Positions 18,032-28,000 of a DNA stretch of 64,000 bases are shown in pieces. The notes under the pieces were generated by a model. The model made no database searches and was not told the DNA's origin. It saw only the letters and a list, made by a program, of their open reading frames with translations. Both the position numbers and the translations under genes were made by a program. Every line of letters starts with the position of its first letter. The first letter of the stretch is position 1. Source of the stretch: a virus; the IMG/VR virus record IMGVR_UViG_3300021138_000017, positions 12,595 to 76,594 of that record. The stretch is one strand, 5' to 3'.

Positions 18032-18912
18032 ACATTGAAAATATATATGATACATGGGGATCTATAATTTATTTAGATTCGCCAGAAGAATTTTTTACTA
18101 TGGACAAAGATTATTGGAGAAATTTAATATATGCCCGTAAACTTATAATTTTTAAAAAAGTAAACTTTACAAAAACACAATACGCTGAATTTAGTTTTCA
18201 CTTTGGAAGTCCTTGGAAAATAGAAGACTATCGATATTCTAAAGAATGGGCAGAAATTGTAAACACCAAATATGGTAATCAAATTATCAGTCCTTTCAGT
18301 AACGAACTTATTAAAAAAATACCTCCAGAGTTTATGCCTTGGCATGCTGATATACCAAATAGACAGTTCAACCCTTTTCCTTTTAGAAGTTTATGGATAA
18401 CCAGTAATCCAAATCCTGACAATTCAGGTCAAACTATATGGATGAATTTAGAAGAATCATTTGACTATCTTACAGATGAAATGAAGGAACTAATACCTAA
18501 AGTTACAGTAGTACAGCAAAGTTGGTATGAGCCAGGAAAAGATATACAAGAATTTCCTTTAATAAAAATTCATCCTATTACCAAAACAAAATCTTTACGA
18601 TTAAATCATTATAATTGGGGGTTAAACAAATCTGCTTGGATAATTGATGTAAAGATAAACAATGTTTCTCAAAAAAATTGTGCTCTTATTAAAGAGTATC
18701 TAGACTACCTGGAAAGAATAAACAAATTAAAATACCAACATCGTTGGGATTTATATGACATAGCACTGTATGATAATTATTCGTTCGTTCACGCTAGAAC
18801 TGCTTTAAACTTTGACAACAATAATAGCATAAGACATTTTTATAGAATCAATATAGATCATCTCGATGATAAAGAATGGCATAATCATAAAACCCAATAT
18901 TTTAATTTATAA
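18028..18912 (+). CDS. TauD/TfdA-family 2OG-Fe(II) dioxygenase
   Basis: LIIFK, WHAD, G.T.W, PLI..HP.T…L, W…D…DN….H.R. Confidence 0.85.
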   Translation: MNIENIYDTWGSIIYLDSPEEFFTMDKDYWRNLIYARKLIIFKKVNFTKTQYAEFSFHFGSPWKIEDYRYSKEWAEIVNTKYGNQIISPFSNELIKKIPPEFMPWHADIPNRQFNPFPFRSLWITSNPNPDNSGQTIWMNLEESFDYLTDEMKELIPKVTVVQQSWYEPGKDIQEFPLIKIHPITKTKSLRLNHYNWGLNKSAWIIDVKINNVSQKNCALIKEYLDYLERINKLKYQHRWDLYDIALYDNYSFVHARTALNFDNNNSIRHFYRINIDHLDDKEWHNHKTQYFNL

Positions 18913-18914
18913 AT

Positions 18915-20168
18915 ATGTCTATGCTAAAAAAAGTAATACCAATTAGTTCTACCGTCTGTGCTGTTCCTTGGATGCATCTTAATTTTGAACCTAGTGGTAA
19001 AGTAATTACTTGTTGTCTCACTAGTAGTTTTCAAGCACACTTGGGCGACTTAAAGTCGCAGTCAATTGAAGAAATTTGGAATAGTGATAAACAAAAATCT
19101 ATACGCAAGGATATGATAGAAGGTAAGGAACCTGGAGTATGTTCTAAGTGCTTTGACAGAGAACGAGTCACAGGAGAAAGTGGTAGGGTTTATCATAACA
19201 GAGATTTTCCTGAAGTAATAGAGTCTATACCCGATATTACCTTAGAAGATGGTACGTGTACAACAATGGATTTAAAATACTGGGATTTTAGATTTAGTAA
19301 TATTTGTAACTTCAAATGCCGTAGTTGTGGTCCAAGATACAGTAGTGCTTGGGTACCTGATGCTAAAAAATTAGGATATACTGATCAAGAAAAAGTTTGG
19401 ACAATAGATAATATTGATGATAAAACTAACTATGATTTTCTCGAAGATCAAATTGACACAGTAAAAAGAATTTATTTTGCCGGAGGCGAACCGTTACTAA
19501 TGCCTGAACATTGGCAAATACTAGATATGCTCGTTGAAAAGAAAAGATTTGATGTTAAACTTTCTTACAACACTAATTGTTCGGTGTTAGAATATAATAA
19601 AAAAAATATCATTGATTATTGGAGCCAGTGGCAATCTGGTAAGTTAGAAATTTGGCCCAGTATTGACGAAATTGGAGAAAGAGCAGAACTCATTCGTTCT
19701 GGAACAGTATGGTCTACTGTAGATAGCAATCTTAAAAAATTAGTTCTTATAGAAAAAGCTCTTATACGTCCTCATATTACAGTAGCGGCATGGAATGTTC
19801 ATAGACTTCCTGAAATTATTGAGTATTTTATTAGTGTAGGTGTCATAAGCGAAAAATGGCGTTATCAAAATTTTTACTTAAATTTACTAGAATATCCACA
19901 ATATTATAATGTGCAAATACTATCAGACGAATTTAAAAAAGCTACTATAACTAAACTACAGTCCTTTATTGAAGATTATAATAAAAAATATAATGTTGAC
20001 ATAAACTATTTGTTTAAATATACTCTACATGAATTAGAAAAACCACACAATGAATCTCTAGCTAGAAAATTCCTAAGTATGACAAACAGTATAGACATTG
20101 TAAGAAACGAAAAATTACTCGATGTAGTAACAGAATTACAACACTTAAAAGACCAATATGAAAATTAA
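18915..20168 (+). CDS. radical SAM enzyme with N-terminal SPASM/twitch-like Cys domain (start probably ATG 18921)
   Basis: C..PW…CC…C..C; CNFKCRSC; FAGGEP; TATAAATA at 18908-18915. Confidence 0.9.
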   Translation: MSMLKKVIPISSTVCAVPWMHLNFEPSGKVITCCLTSSFQAHLGDLKSQSIEEIWNSDKQKSIRKDMIEGKEPGVCSKCFDRERVTGESGRVYHNRDFPEVIESIPDITLEDGTCTTMDLKYWDFRFSNICNFKCRSCGPRYSSAWVPDAKKLGYTDQEKVWTIDNIDDKTNYDFLEDQIDTVKRIYFAGGEPLLMPEHWQILDMLVEKKRFDVKLSYNTNCSVLEYNKKNIIDYWSQWQSGKLEIWPSIDEIGERAELIRSGTVWSTVDSNLKKLVLIEKALIRPHITVAAWNVHRLPEIIEYFISVGVISEKWRYQNFYLNLLEYPQYYNVQILSDEFKKATITKLQSFIEDYNKKYNVDINYLFKYTLHELEKPHNESLARKFLSMTNSIDIVRNEKLLDVVTELQHLKDQYEN

Positions 20169-21129
20169 TAAAATTTTTAGAGATTTATCTAGACCCAGCT
20201 ATTTTTGTGTAGACTGGATGCTACACGATCGTTGTACTTACGACTGTAGCTATTGTCCACCGAGTAACAAAAGTGGAACTGATAGTTGGCTGACTTTAGA
20301 CACACTAGATGAATTTTGCGATGGATTAGATCGTCATGTTCAAACTGTCAATCCTGATATGCAAATACACATAATATTCTCAGGAGGTGAGCCCACTGTA
20401 TGGCGTGATTTCAGTGAGCTAGTAGATAGAATGGCAGCTAGAAGGTGGGCTATGAGTTTGAACAGTAATGGATCAAGAAGCCTTAGATGGTGGCAGGAAA
20501 ATGCTCATAAATTTGTAAAAATATATTTAAGTTATCACACAGAACAAGTTAATGATGAAGATTTTTTAGAAAAAGTAAAAGTTTGTGAAGAACACACAGT
20601 TGTAGGAGTAAACGTAATGATGAATCCTGATCCTGAACGATTCGAACAAGCTATAAGATTTACAGAAAGATTGCGTACAGAAACTGAAAAATGCCACTAT
20701 GCCCATCACCAAATACAATATAACTTTGGTAATACTGAAATAAAAGTTCCGCAATATACAGAAGAACAAAAACTTACTATTCTTAACTTAAAACACAGAT
20801 GGACTCCTAAATATAATTTATCAAAATATGACAGTAATCATATGATGGAATATGAGGATGGAACTAAAAGTCATTTCAATGGATTACAATTAATAAAAAC
20901 TAATCAAGCTAATTTCCAAGGTTGGGAATGTGCAGCAGGACTAGAGGGTATTTGGATTAGTGCTAGAGGAGAAATTATGCGTGGTACTTGCCACGTTAGT
21001 GGCCTTTTAGGTAATATACTTGAACCTGACAAAATTCAATGGCCTACCGAAACTGTTACTTGTCCGTATGCGTGGTGTGGCTGTTTGCCTGACATGTTAA
21101 ATACAAAAACTCGTCCTCAAAATGTTTAA
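20158..21129 (+). CDS. radical SAM enzyme with C-terminal Cys cluster
   Basis: CTYDCSYC; SGGEPT; SNGSR; C-terminal CAAG…C…CPYAWCGC. Confidence 0.9.
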   Translation: MKINKIFRDLSRPSYFCVDWMLHDRCTYDCSYCPPSNKSGTDSWLTLDTLDEFCDGLDRHVQTVNPDMQIHIIFSGGEPTVWRDFSELVDRMAARRWAMSLNSNGSRSLRWWQENAHKFVKIYLSYHTEQVNDEDFLEKVKVCEEHTVVGVNVMMNPDPERFEQAIRFTERLRTETEKCHYAHHQIQYNFGNTEIKVPQYTEEQKLTILNLKHRWTPKYNLSKYDSNHMMEYEDGTKSHFNGLQLIKTNQANFQGWECAAGLEGIWISARGEIMRGTCHVSGLLGNILEPDKIQWPTETVTCPYAWCGCLPDMLNTKTRPQNV

Positions 21130-21664
21130 CCAAGACGCTTTCAGCAATGGACAAATAGACAGTAAACTATGGTTATGTAGAGAATTAGAATCCTTAGAAT
21201 GGTCTAGTGATTATACTCAAATATATGGCGGATGGTATGGGGTTCTTGCTTTTTTACTACTAAGTCGAGAAAAATTTTGTGTAGGTCGTATTGAAAGTTT
21301 TGATATAGACCCTACTTGTGAACATATAGCCGACATGATTAATGAAAACTGGGTAATAAAGGAATGGCGATTTAAAGCGTTTACTTTAGACTGTAGTAAA
21401 GGTGTTAGAGGTAATCCTGACTTAATAATTAATACCAGTAGCGAACATTTTAACAATACAGAATGGTTTGATAATATTAGACCAGGAACTCGTGTTATTA
21501 TACAAGGAAACAATATGCCGCACGAGGATCATTTTGTACATACCAATACTCTGGAAGATTTTGTTAGGCAGTATCCTTTGTCAGAAATAGCGTATAAAGG
21601 ATCTTTAGAATTTAAATACCCTGATTGGATTTTTACAAGATTTATGCTGATTGGTACAAAATAA
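21122..21664 (+). CDS. class I SAM-methyltransferase-like protein
   Basis: GGWYG, SFDIDP, LIINTSSEH Rossmann-like motifs. Confidence 0.6.
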   Translation: MFNQDAFSNGQIDSKLWLCRELESLEWSSDYTQIYGGWYGVLAFLLLSREKFCVGRIESFDIDPTCEHIADMINENWVIKEWRFKAFTLDCSKGVRGNPDLIINTSSEHFNNTEWFDNIRPGTRVIIQGNNMPHEDHFVHTNTLEDFVRQYPLSEIAYKGSLEFKYPDWIFTRFMLIGTK

Positions 21665-22600
21665 TTACCAACCTTCTATTTCTCGTATAACATCCATTTC
21701 AGTTACCATTACTCCTTTGTTTTTTCTATCAATCATATAATAATTTTTGAAAAACTTACTGGATTTTTCGTCTAACATAATAATAGGCAAATCAAGTTGA
21801 TTGTGTAAGTCTGGACTTATTCTTCCTGCGATTATTTCTGGGTTGTGTCCATCGATAGTATCATAGATTTTCTTTAGTGCATCAAAATCTCTAACTTCTC
21901 TGTAATCCCAAGCTGAGTTAAGCATAGTCATATACGTGCCCATTCTGGAACCCAACATTGACCAAATGCCATTTTCAACGTCACGCCCAACATTATGCCA
22001 AATACTTAGATTATCTAAATTCCTTTTGTGTGCTTGCTCTTTAAAACTTGCTACAGATGGCTTCACACCTCGATTCAAACACATTTTTACGCCTTCTCTA
22101 AATCCTGCACGCCAGGCTTGAAATGGACTGGCATTTATGTAAGTAGTAGAATAACAGTCGTACATGGCAATGTATTTAGGATCAAAACAAAATTCAACAG
22201 TGGTTTCGTCATCACCAGCAGAAGATTCGTGTGTTCGCATGTTATAAACAAATTCTTTGGTCCAGCAACTTAGACCGCCGTTTCCATATAGTAAACCATT
22301 TGTATTATTACGTGCTTTCCAACGAAATACATGAGTAGAATTTAAGTCATTTAATATTAATTGTTTATTAAAAAAATCTTCATCAGGAATATTATCTCCG
22401 TCAATTAAAATAAATCTATCAGTATCACTAGCGTCTGCGGCTGCTTTGTGCGCGGCGTCTGATCCTTTAACTCCGTCAACCCTAGTAGCCCAAGGTATCA
22501 TGTTATGTATTTTTACCCAATTCTCTTCTTTGTTTGGTTCGTCGTAACTCAAGTATATTACGTCTAATGTATCTATATCTATAATTGTTTGATTATTCAT
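21665..22600 (-). CDS. GT-A-fold glycosyltransferase-like protein
   Basis: VIYLSYDEP…RVDGVKGSDAAHK.AA…LIDGD, YGNGG, AWRAGFREG; paralog of 6655..7851. Confidence 0.7.
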   Translation of the reverse strand: MNNQTIIDIDTLDVIYLSYDEPNKEENWVKIHNMIPWATRVDGVKGSDAAHKAAADASDTDRFILIDGDNIPDEDFFNKQLILNDLNSTHVFRWKARNNTNGLLYGNGGLSCWTKEFVYNMRTHESSAGDDETTVEFCFDPKYIAMYDCYSTTYINASPFQAWRAGFREGVKMCLNRGVKPSVASFKEQAHKRNLDNLSIWHNVGRDVENGIWSMLGSRMGTYMTMLNSAWDYREVRDFDALKKIYDTIDGHNPEIIAGRISPDLHNQLDLPIIMLDEKSSKFFKNYYMIDRKNKGVMVTEMDVIREIEGW

Positions 22601-22913
22601 GTAAATTCCATTTAGTATGTGGCACTAATTCACTTACAACAACACTGACGTCATCAGGATGGCAAGGTGTCCCAGTATTTCTTGGTGATAATTTTTTTAT
22701 AAAAACAGTATTTATAATTTTTAAAGTTTTATCGACAACTTTAGCGTGTGTAGGTGGATTTAAATATATTTCTCTACTAATGTCTATATAATTACCTGGT
22801 AAATCTTCCTGACTATAAAAAAGAGGAGAACCTTGATCATCATAATACAATCTATACAGTATAGGGTTTATTTTTTTAGGCTGTAATGCCGCCCAAAATT
22901 CCTGTTCATTCAT
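22593..22913 (-). CDS. hypothetical phage protein
   Basis: Coupled ORF in the GT module (YRLYYD..G.P). Confidence 0.7.
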   Translation of the reverse strand: MNEQEFWAALQPKKINPILYRLYYDDQGSPLFYSQEDLPGNYIDISREIYLNPPTHAKVVDKTLKIINTVFIKKLSPRNTGTPCHPDDVSVVVSELVPHTKWNLHE

Positions 22914-23151
22914 CAGTTGACCTTAATTCAGATCGTTTTTCCTGTATGGTTTTTTCTTTGAAAAATTTACGAGGATTGCCACACATAGCACAGTTAGGAT
23001 CTCCGCAGGTAGTGGCATGTAATTTTGCTAATTGATGCTCAGGTTCTGTAGGAAACCCGTGAGCTTTAGCAATAGCTTTTTGTTTTTCAATAGCTGTTTG
23101 ATCTTTGTGTAATCTTTTACTGTGTTTAAGTTTATCTGCGTCTTTACTCAT
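22906..23151 (-). CDS. small basic protein with Cys motif CGDPNCAMCGNPR
   Basis: Clean ORF; putative Zn ligand set. Confidence 0.7.
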   Translation of the reverse strand: MSKDADKLKHSKRLHKDQTAIEKQKAIAKAHGFPTEPEHQLAKLHATTCGDPNCAMCGNPRKFFKEKTIQEKRSELRSTDE

Positions 23152-23875
23152 TTGCTAGATCCTTTATGTGATAATGCACTAACCCCCACTGTGCTACTGT
23201 ATTGATTCTAACTCCTGGGTTAGTATGCTCTAGTATTAACTCATCGTGCCAGTTATCTGAAATAGTGGGGATAATATGTTTTTTCATATGTACTATTGTT
23301 GGCGCTAATCCTTTGGGTAATGTAACAGTTTCAATTCCCATTACAATTGCCGCAATACTATAAACAACATCAGTAGTAGGCAAATCATCTGGAAATTTTA
23401 ATAATAATTTATATTGATCCCAATTTTCAAAAATATTACGAACTATTTCAAAAAAATCCTTTGCTGTATTACTTATTTGCCAGTAAGTTATGGCATTATA
23501 TAAATCAGGAAGATTATTGTTATCAAATATTTTGCGATAATATCTAGATATGCTTGTTTGATTATAAAAATCTCTACAGCCTTGACTGATAACTACGTCC
23601 CGATTACTAAACAAATCCCACCAATGATCAATGGGACCGGCACACCACATATCTGCTTCTAATTTGATTGTTTTTTCATAAGGACTAGCTTCATAACATT
23701 GCCAATCATTAGCTAAACCACCTTGATTTCCGTAAGGCAACATGTCTTCAGTTAATATTGTAATGTCAGCATCAGGATGCCAATGTAATATTGTTTCAGC
23801 TAATCGCTCGGCACATTTTACATATACGTCTCCTATAGCCGGAATTAAATATCCGTATTCAATTAGATTTTTCAA
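23144..23875 (-). CDS. GT8-like glycosyltransferase
   Basis: YVKCA..LA..I, SPYEKTIKLEAD, TDVVYSIA, VHMK. Confidence 0.65.
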   Translation of the reverse strand: MKNLIEYGYLIPAIGDVYVKCAERLAETILHWHPDADITILTEDMLPYGNQGGLANDWQCYEASPYEKTIKLEADMWCAGPIDHWWDLFSNRDVVISQGCRDFYNQTSISRYYRKIFDNNNLPDLYNAITYWQISNTAKDFFEIVRNIFENWDQYKLLLKFPDDLPTTDVVYSIAAIVMGIETVTLPKGLAPTIVHMKKHIIPTISDNWHDELILEHTNPGVRINTVAQWGLVHYHIKDLANE

Positions 23876-24659
23876 CTAAGTCTCCTAAAGATTTTTTACC
23901 CATAGCATGAAAATCTTGACAAAATGTAATGTACTTTGCTTTATTATCTGGCGTTGTAAAATCTACTCTATATTGATCAATATCTAATTGTGATAAGGTA
24001 CTGTTAGCAGGCAACGATGCCAAATTCCAAGGTATACCTTTGTGTTCTAATGAATGTCCATTTACTATATTCAGTGCTATACTTAAAGCAAAATCATTGC
24101 GATAAGTATCTTTGATTATATTGTACAAATCCCTGTAGTGTTGCCAATTATTTTTTACCATGTTCATTATATTAAAAATCATTTCAGCTTCTTTAGAACG
24201 ACGAAACAACATCACAGTTGCCCACCACATGGGCATTTTATAATTTCCAAGATTATTTAATTCATCAAAATTTTCTCTGTGTAATATGTCATAGGCTGTT
24301 TTATGTGCTAAAAAATCCGCGTCTACATCTAATATTTTAGTTAGTTCATTACTGGCAACAACATAGTCGGCATCTAATACTAGAGTAGTATCCCAAGGAC
24401 TTAGTTTATAAGCATCAACACGATTGCCGTTATACCAAGTAACATTTATTGTTTGATCATGAAATTTTCTAGAATACTTGCCTTCTGGTGTAGCTGAAAT
24501 TACTTTTTCAAATGAATATGTTGAAGGTATAGCTAAATCCGTTACAACAGCTACGGGCAAGTTTAAATGCCTGCGGATGTTTTTTGCTGACCAATTGGCC
24601 AAAGCAAGATAGTCTATTGTTTCATTATTAAACGCAAAAATTAATACGCCCGTGGTCAT
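23859..24659 (-). CDS. GT8-like glycosyltransferase
   Basis: DY..LA..SA..I, LSPWDTTLVLDAD (DxD), RNDFALSIA, HAMGK. Confidence 0.7.
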   Translation of the reverse strand: MTTGVLIFAFNNETIDYLALANWSAKNIRRHLNLPVAVVTDLAIPSTYSFEKVISATPEGKYSRKFHDQTINVTWYNGNRVDAYKLSPWDTTLVLDADYVVASNELTKILDVDADFLAHKTAYDILHRENFDELNNLGNYKMPMWWATVMLFRRSKEAEMIFNIMNMVKNNWQHYRDLYNIIKDTYRNDFALSIALNIVNGHSLEHKGIPWNLASLPANSTLSQLDIDQYRVDFTTPDNKAKYITFCQDFHAMGKKSLGDLVEKSN

Positions 24660-24964
24660 CTGTTTTTGCTAAGTTGTTCATACTCATCATGCCAAGCTGC
24701 CATTTGTTCTTTCCAACGTTCTTGACTTAACTTCATTAGATCTCTTGTATTAATTTGTATGGGATTTTCGTAGAGGTCTGGTAAAAATGCTACTCCATCA
24801 CTGCCACAAGTGAATATCATAGTTTGTAACTCCGGACCAGCACGCCACATTCCACCATTGTAAGCAAATACCATTTTTCCTTGATATTTTTCTCGTAGTG
24901 TACGTTTGGCAGCTTCATAGGCAAAACGAGCTCGACTATGTGCTATTAAATTATCAGTATCCAT
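24656..24964 (-). CDS. hypothetical phage protein (possible fibre-associated chaperone)
   Basis: Leaderless ORF heading the GT module; YNGG.W…DLYENPI. Confidence 0.65.
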   Translation of the reverse strand: MDTDNLIAHSRARFAYEAAKRTLREKYQGKMVFAYNGGMWRAGPELQTMIFTCGSDGVAFLPDLYENPIQINTRDLMKLSQERWKEQMAAWHDEYEQLSKNR

Positions 24965-24970
24965 ACTGTT

Positions 24971-24998
24971 ATTATACTGTTTTAAATAAAAAAGTCAA
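24971..24998 (-). promoter_or_regulatory. sigma70-type promoter TTGACT-N16-TATAAT, leaderless ATG 24964
   Basis: Minus strand reads GTTGACTTTTTTATT…TATAATAACAGTATG. Confidence 0.75.
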
Positions 24999-25023
24999 CA
25001 GTTTTAAAGAATTTTGGTAATAC

Positions 25024-28000
25024 TTATCCTAAACGTCCAGAAGCAGTACCACAGTTATTGAATGTTACCGTTGAGGATCCTTTAACTAAGTAGTAGCCAG
25101 CACTGCCCCCGTATCCGGCTCCACCACCATAACCAGCACCGTTACCATTTCCGCCGCCACCGTTATTTCCAGGAGTGCCTGGACAACCTGGAGTTCCTGG
25201 GCTTCCCGGATTTCCCGGAGCTCCGGTGTTACCAAATGCTCCACCGGCACCTCCGTGTCCACCTGTACCACCGGCACCTCCTGCCCCACCTGTACCAGCG
25301 TTAGTTCCTCCAGCACTTCCAGCCGATCCAGCACTTCCTGCGCTTCCACTTGATCCAGAACCTGCTGATTGATTATATCCTTGTCCTACACCACCGGCTC
25401 CGCCAGCTCCACCACCGCCACCTGCACCACCTGCTCCTCCGCATGTATAAACGGTACTGTTTTGGTATTGTCCAATAGAATAACAACCGCAGTTATGAGT
25501 TCCGGTTTCTAAAGCACCGGTTTGATAAGTTTTTCCATCATAAGGGGAAACTACAGTTGTACCAGGTCCTGGTATTAAACCAGCGCCACAACTATATACA
25601 ACTAAGCAATTCCAAATCCAAGTATTGTGGTACCTATAATCTCCACAGCAATAGCAAAGATATTGTGATACTACAGAAACAGGGGGATACTGGCTATACT
25701 GAAAATTGTACCCCGAACTGCCGTAATATCCGCCACCACCTGCCCCACCTGGTCCACCACATCCACCAACTCCACCTGCTCCTCCACCGCCACCACCTGC
25801 TGATACAGATCCATAATTATTAATTATAGTAGAAGTAGTTGTTTGAGCGCAGATAGCGTTTCCACCTGTACCACCCGGAGCTGATCCACCATATCCTTGT
25901 ATACTACCATAATTGTTAAGTGTCATGGTACTACCTGATGGAAATGAACCAATAGTTAATGCGTTATTGCCAGGAGTTCCGCCAACTGTTACTCCATTAT
26001 TAATTGTAACAGTATAAGCGGCTTGTGGCTTAGGACTAAACAAACTAGATAAATTTAAATTAGTAACAGGCGATGCTACTGTATACGATTTAGATTGTAA
26101 ATATCCCAGTGTTCCCGGAGAAGTAAATTTGTGTATAATTTTTCCTCCAGAAGATGTTATTGTTCCACCAGCAAATTTTTGCGGAGCAGGATAAGAAATA
26201 ATTACGACACCAGATCCGCCTAATCCAGCATATAGACTTGGATAACAACCACCATCGTACCCACCGGCACCACCACCACCAGATCCTGTTCCTGCTGCTC
26301 CAGGGTTAGCATTATTATATCTAGATCCGCCAGCACCACCGATGCCACAGGTGTTGCCACCCGGATTTCCACCACATCCAGAACTGTTGCCACCACCACC
26401 ACCGGCCGCATAACGTAGAGTAGAACCAGTTATATCGCTGGCCACTCCTGCTCCACCGGCACCACCATTTATTCCACTTGGGCAGGCGTTAGCACCAGCA
26501 CCACCAGCACCACCACCACCACCACCACCTCCAGGATGGCCACCGTATCCTCCAGGATTGCCCTGTCCAGGTGTTCCACTTCCTCCAGCACAACCAGGTG
26601 CCCCATAAGTTCCGCCCCCAGATCCTCCAGCAGTTCCAGCAGGCGAATTACCGCTACCACCACCGTAGGCGGTCATACCATTAAATGAAGAATCAGACCC
26701 TGGTAAATTGCCTCCAGTAGCTCCAGCTCCTACTACCACAGGATACGCATTAAGACTACACAATGGTGTTGTTCCAGTTAGCAAACCACCAGCGCCACCG
26801 CCACCGCCACCAGTTTCAATACTGCCACTTAAATTTTGACCGCCACCACCGCCTCCTACTATAAGATATCTTACAGTAACAGATGATGGTGGTTTACTTC
26901 CATAAACTCTACTAACACAATTACAGGTCCAATATACATAAACAGAACCTGGCGCACTTATAGCTGCTCCAGCACTTCCATAATTGCTAACATAGCCGTT
27001 ATCTCCACCGGATGCTCCCCAACCGCCGCCGCCACCGGCATTGCCACCGTTACCATTACCTTCTCCACCTCTTTGTCCGGCTCCGCCACCGCTACTCTGT
27101 GCGGGACCAAAACGGTTACCTTGACCTGCTCCGGCACCACCTGCTGATCCGCCAATTCCTATATAACAAGATGAAGCTATTGGGCTTCCCGGTAATACTC
27201 TTCCACCACCTCCACCGCCGTATCCTCCACAGCAAGGACAAGAACCACCGTTTCCTCCTGGTTGTCCAATATTACCTCCGCAGCCTCCATAAGGAGCCCC
27301 ACCTGCTCCACCACCGGCACCACCACCACCGCCAGCATTGCCGTAATAACCGCCGCCGCCTCCACCACCGCCACCTGCGATATATCCAGTAGGACTTGTA
27401 TTATTAATTGTTATTGGATAACTTATACTTAAGGCTGGTCCTCCAGGTTGACCGGAGCCTCCACAATTACCACCATGTCCACCTTGTCCTATAATATATC
27501 CGCGATTTATTAAATTAAAAGTGTCCCCAGTTGTTCCACCATTAATTGTCAATCCAGCATTACTAATAGCGGTAGCATATAAGTAAACTCCGCTGTTAAC
27601 TGTAATAGTTACCGTAGTAGATCCGGCGGTATATCCAGGTAAAGAGGGTACATTTAACACCGCGTTAGCTCGAGGACTACTATATGTATAATTTACTACG
27701 CCAGGTGTAACCACTTCAATTTCAACTACTCCTGGAGAACCGTTACCTCCCTTACGAGCAGGATATCCATAACAGGTAATATGTGCTCCGCTTCCTCCGT
27801 TGCCATATCCAGTAGCATTATTACCGCAATTATTGCCACATACACCAGCACCTGCTGAGCCACAACCATAACTATAACCCGCTGACCCACCTGGTCCAGA
27901 ACTTGTACATCTACCGCCAGGACTGCCGGCTGAACCGCTGGCACCCGAATGTGGTGAAATAGCTGTTGTAAAAGTGCCTCCGCCTCCAGACGCTGTGGGA

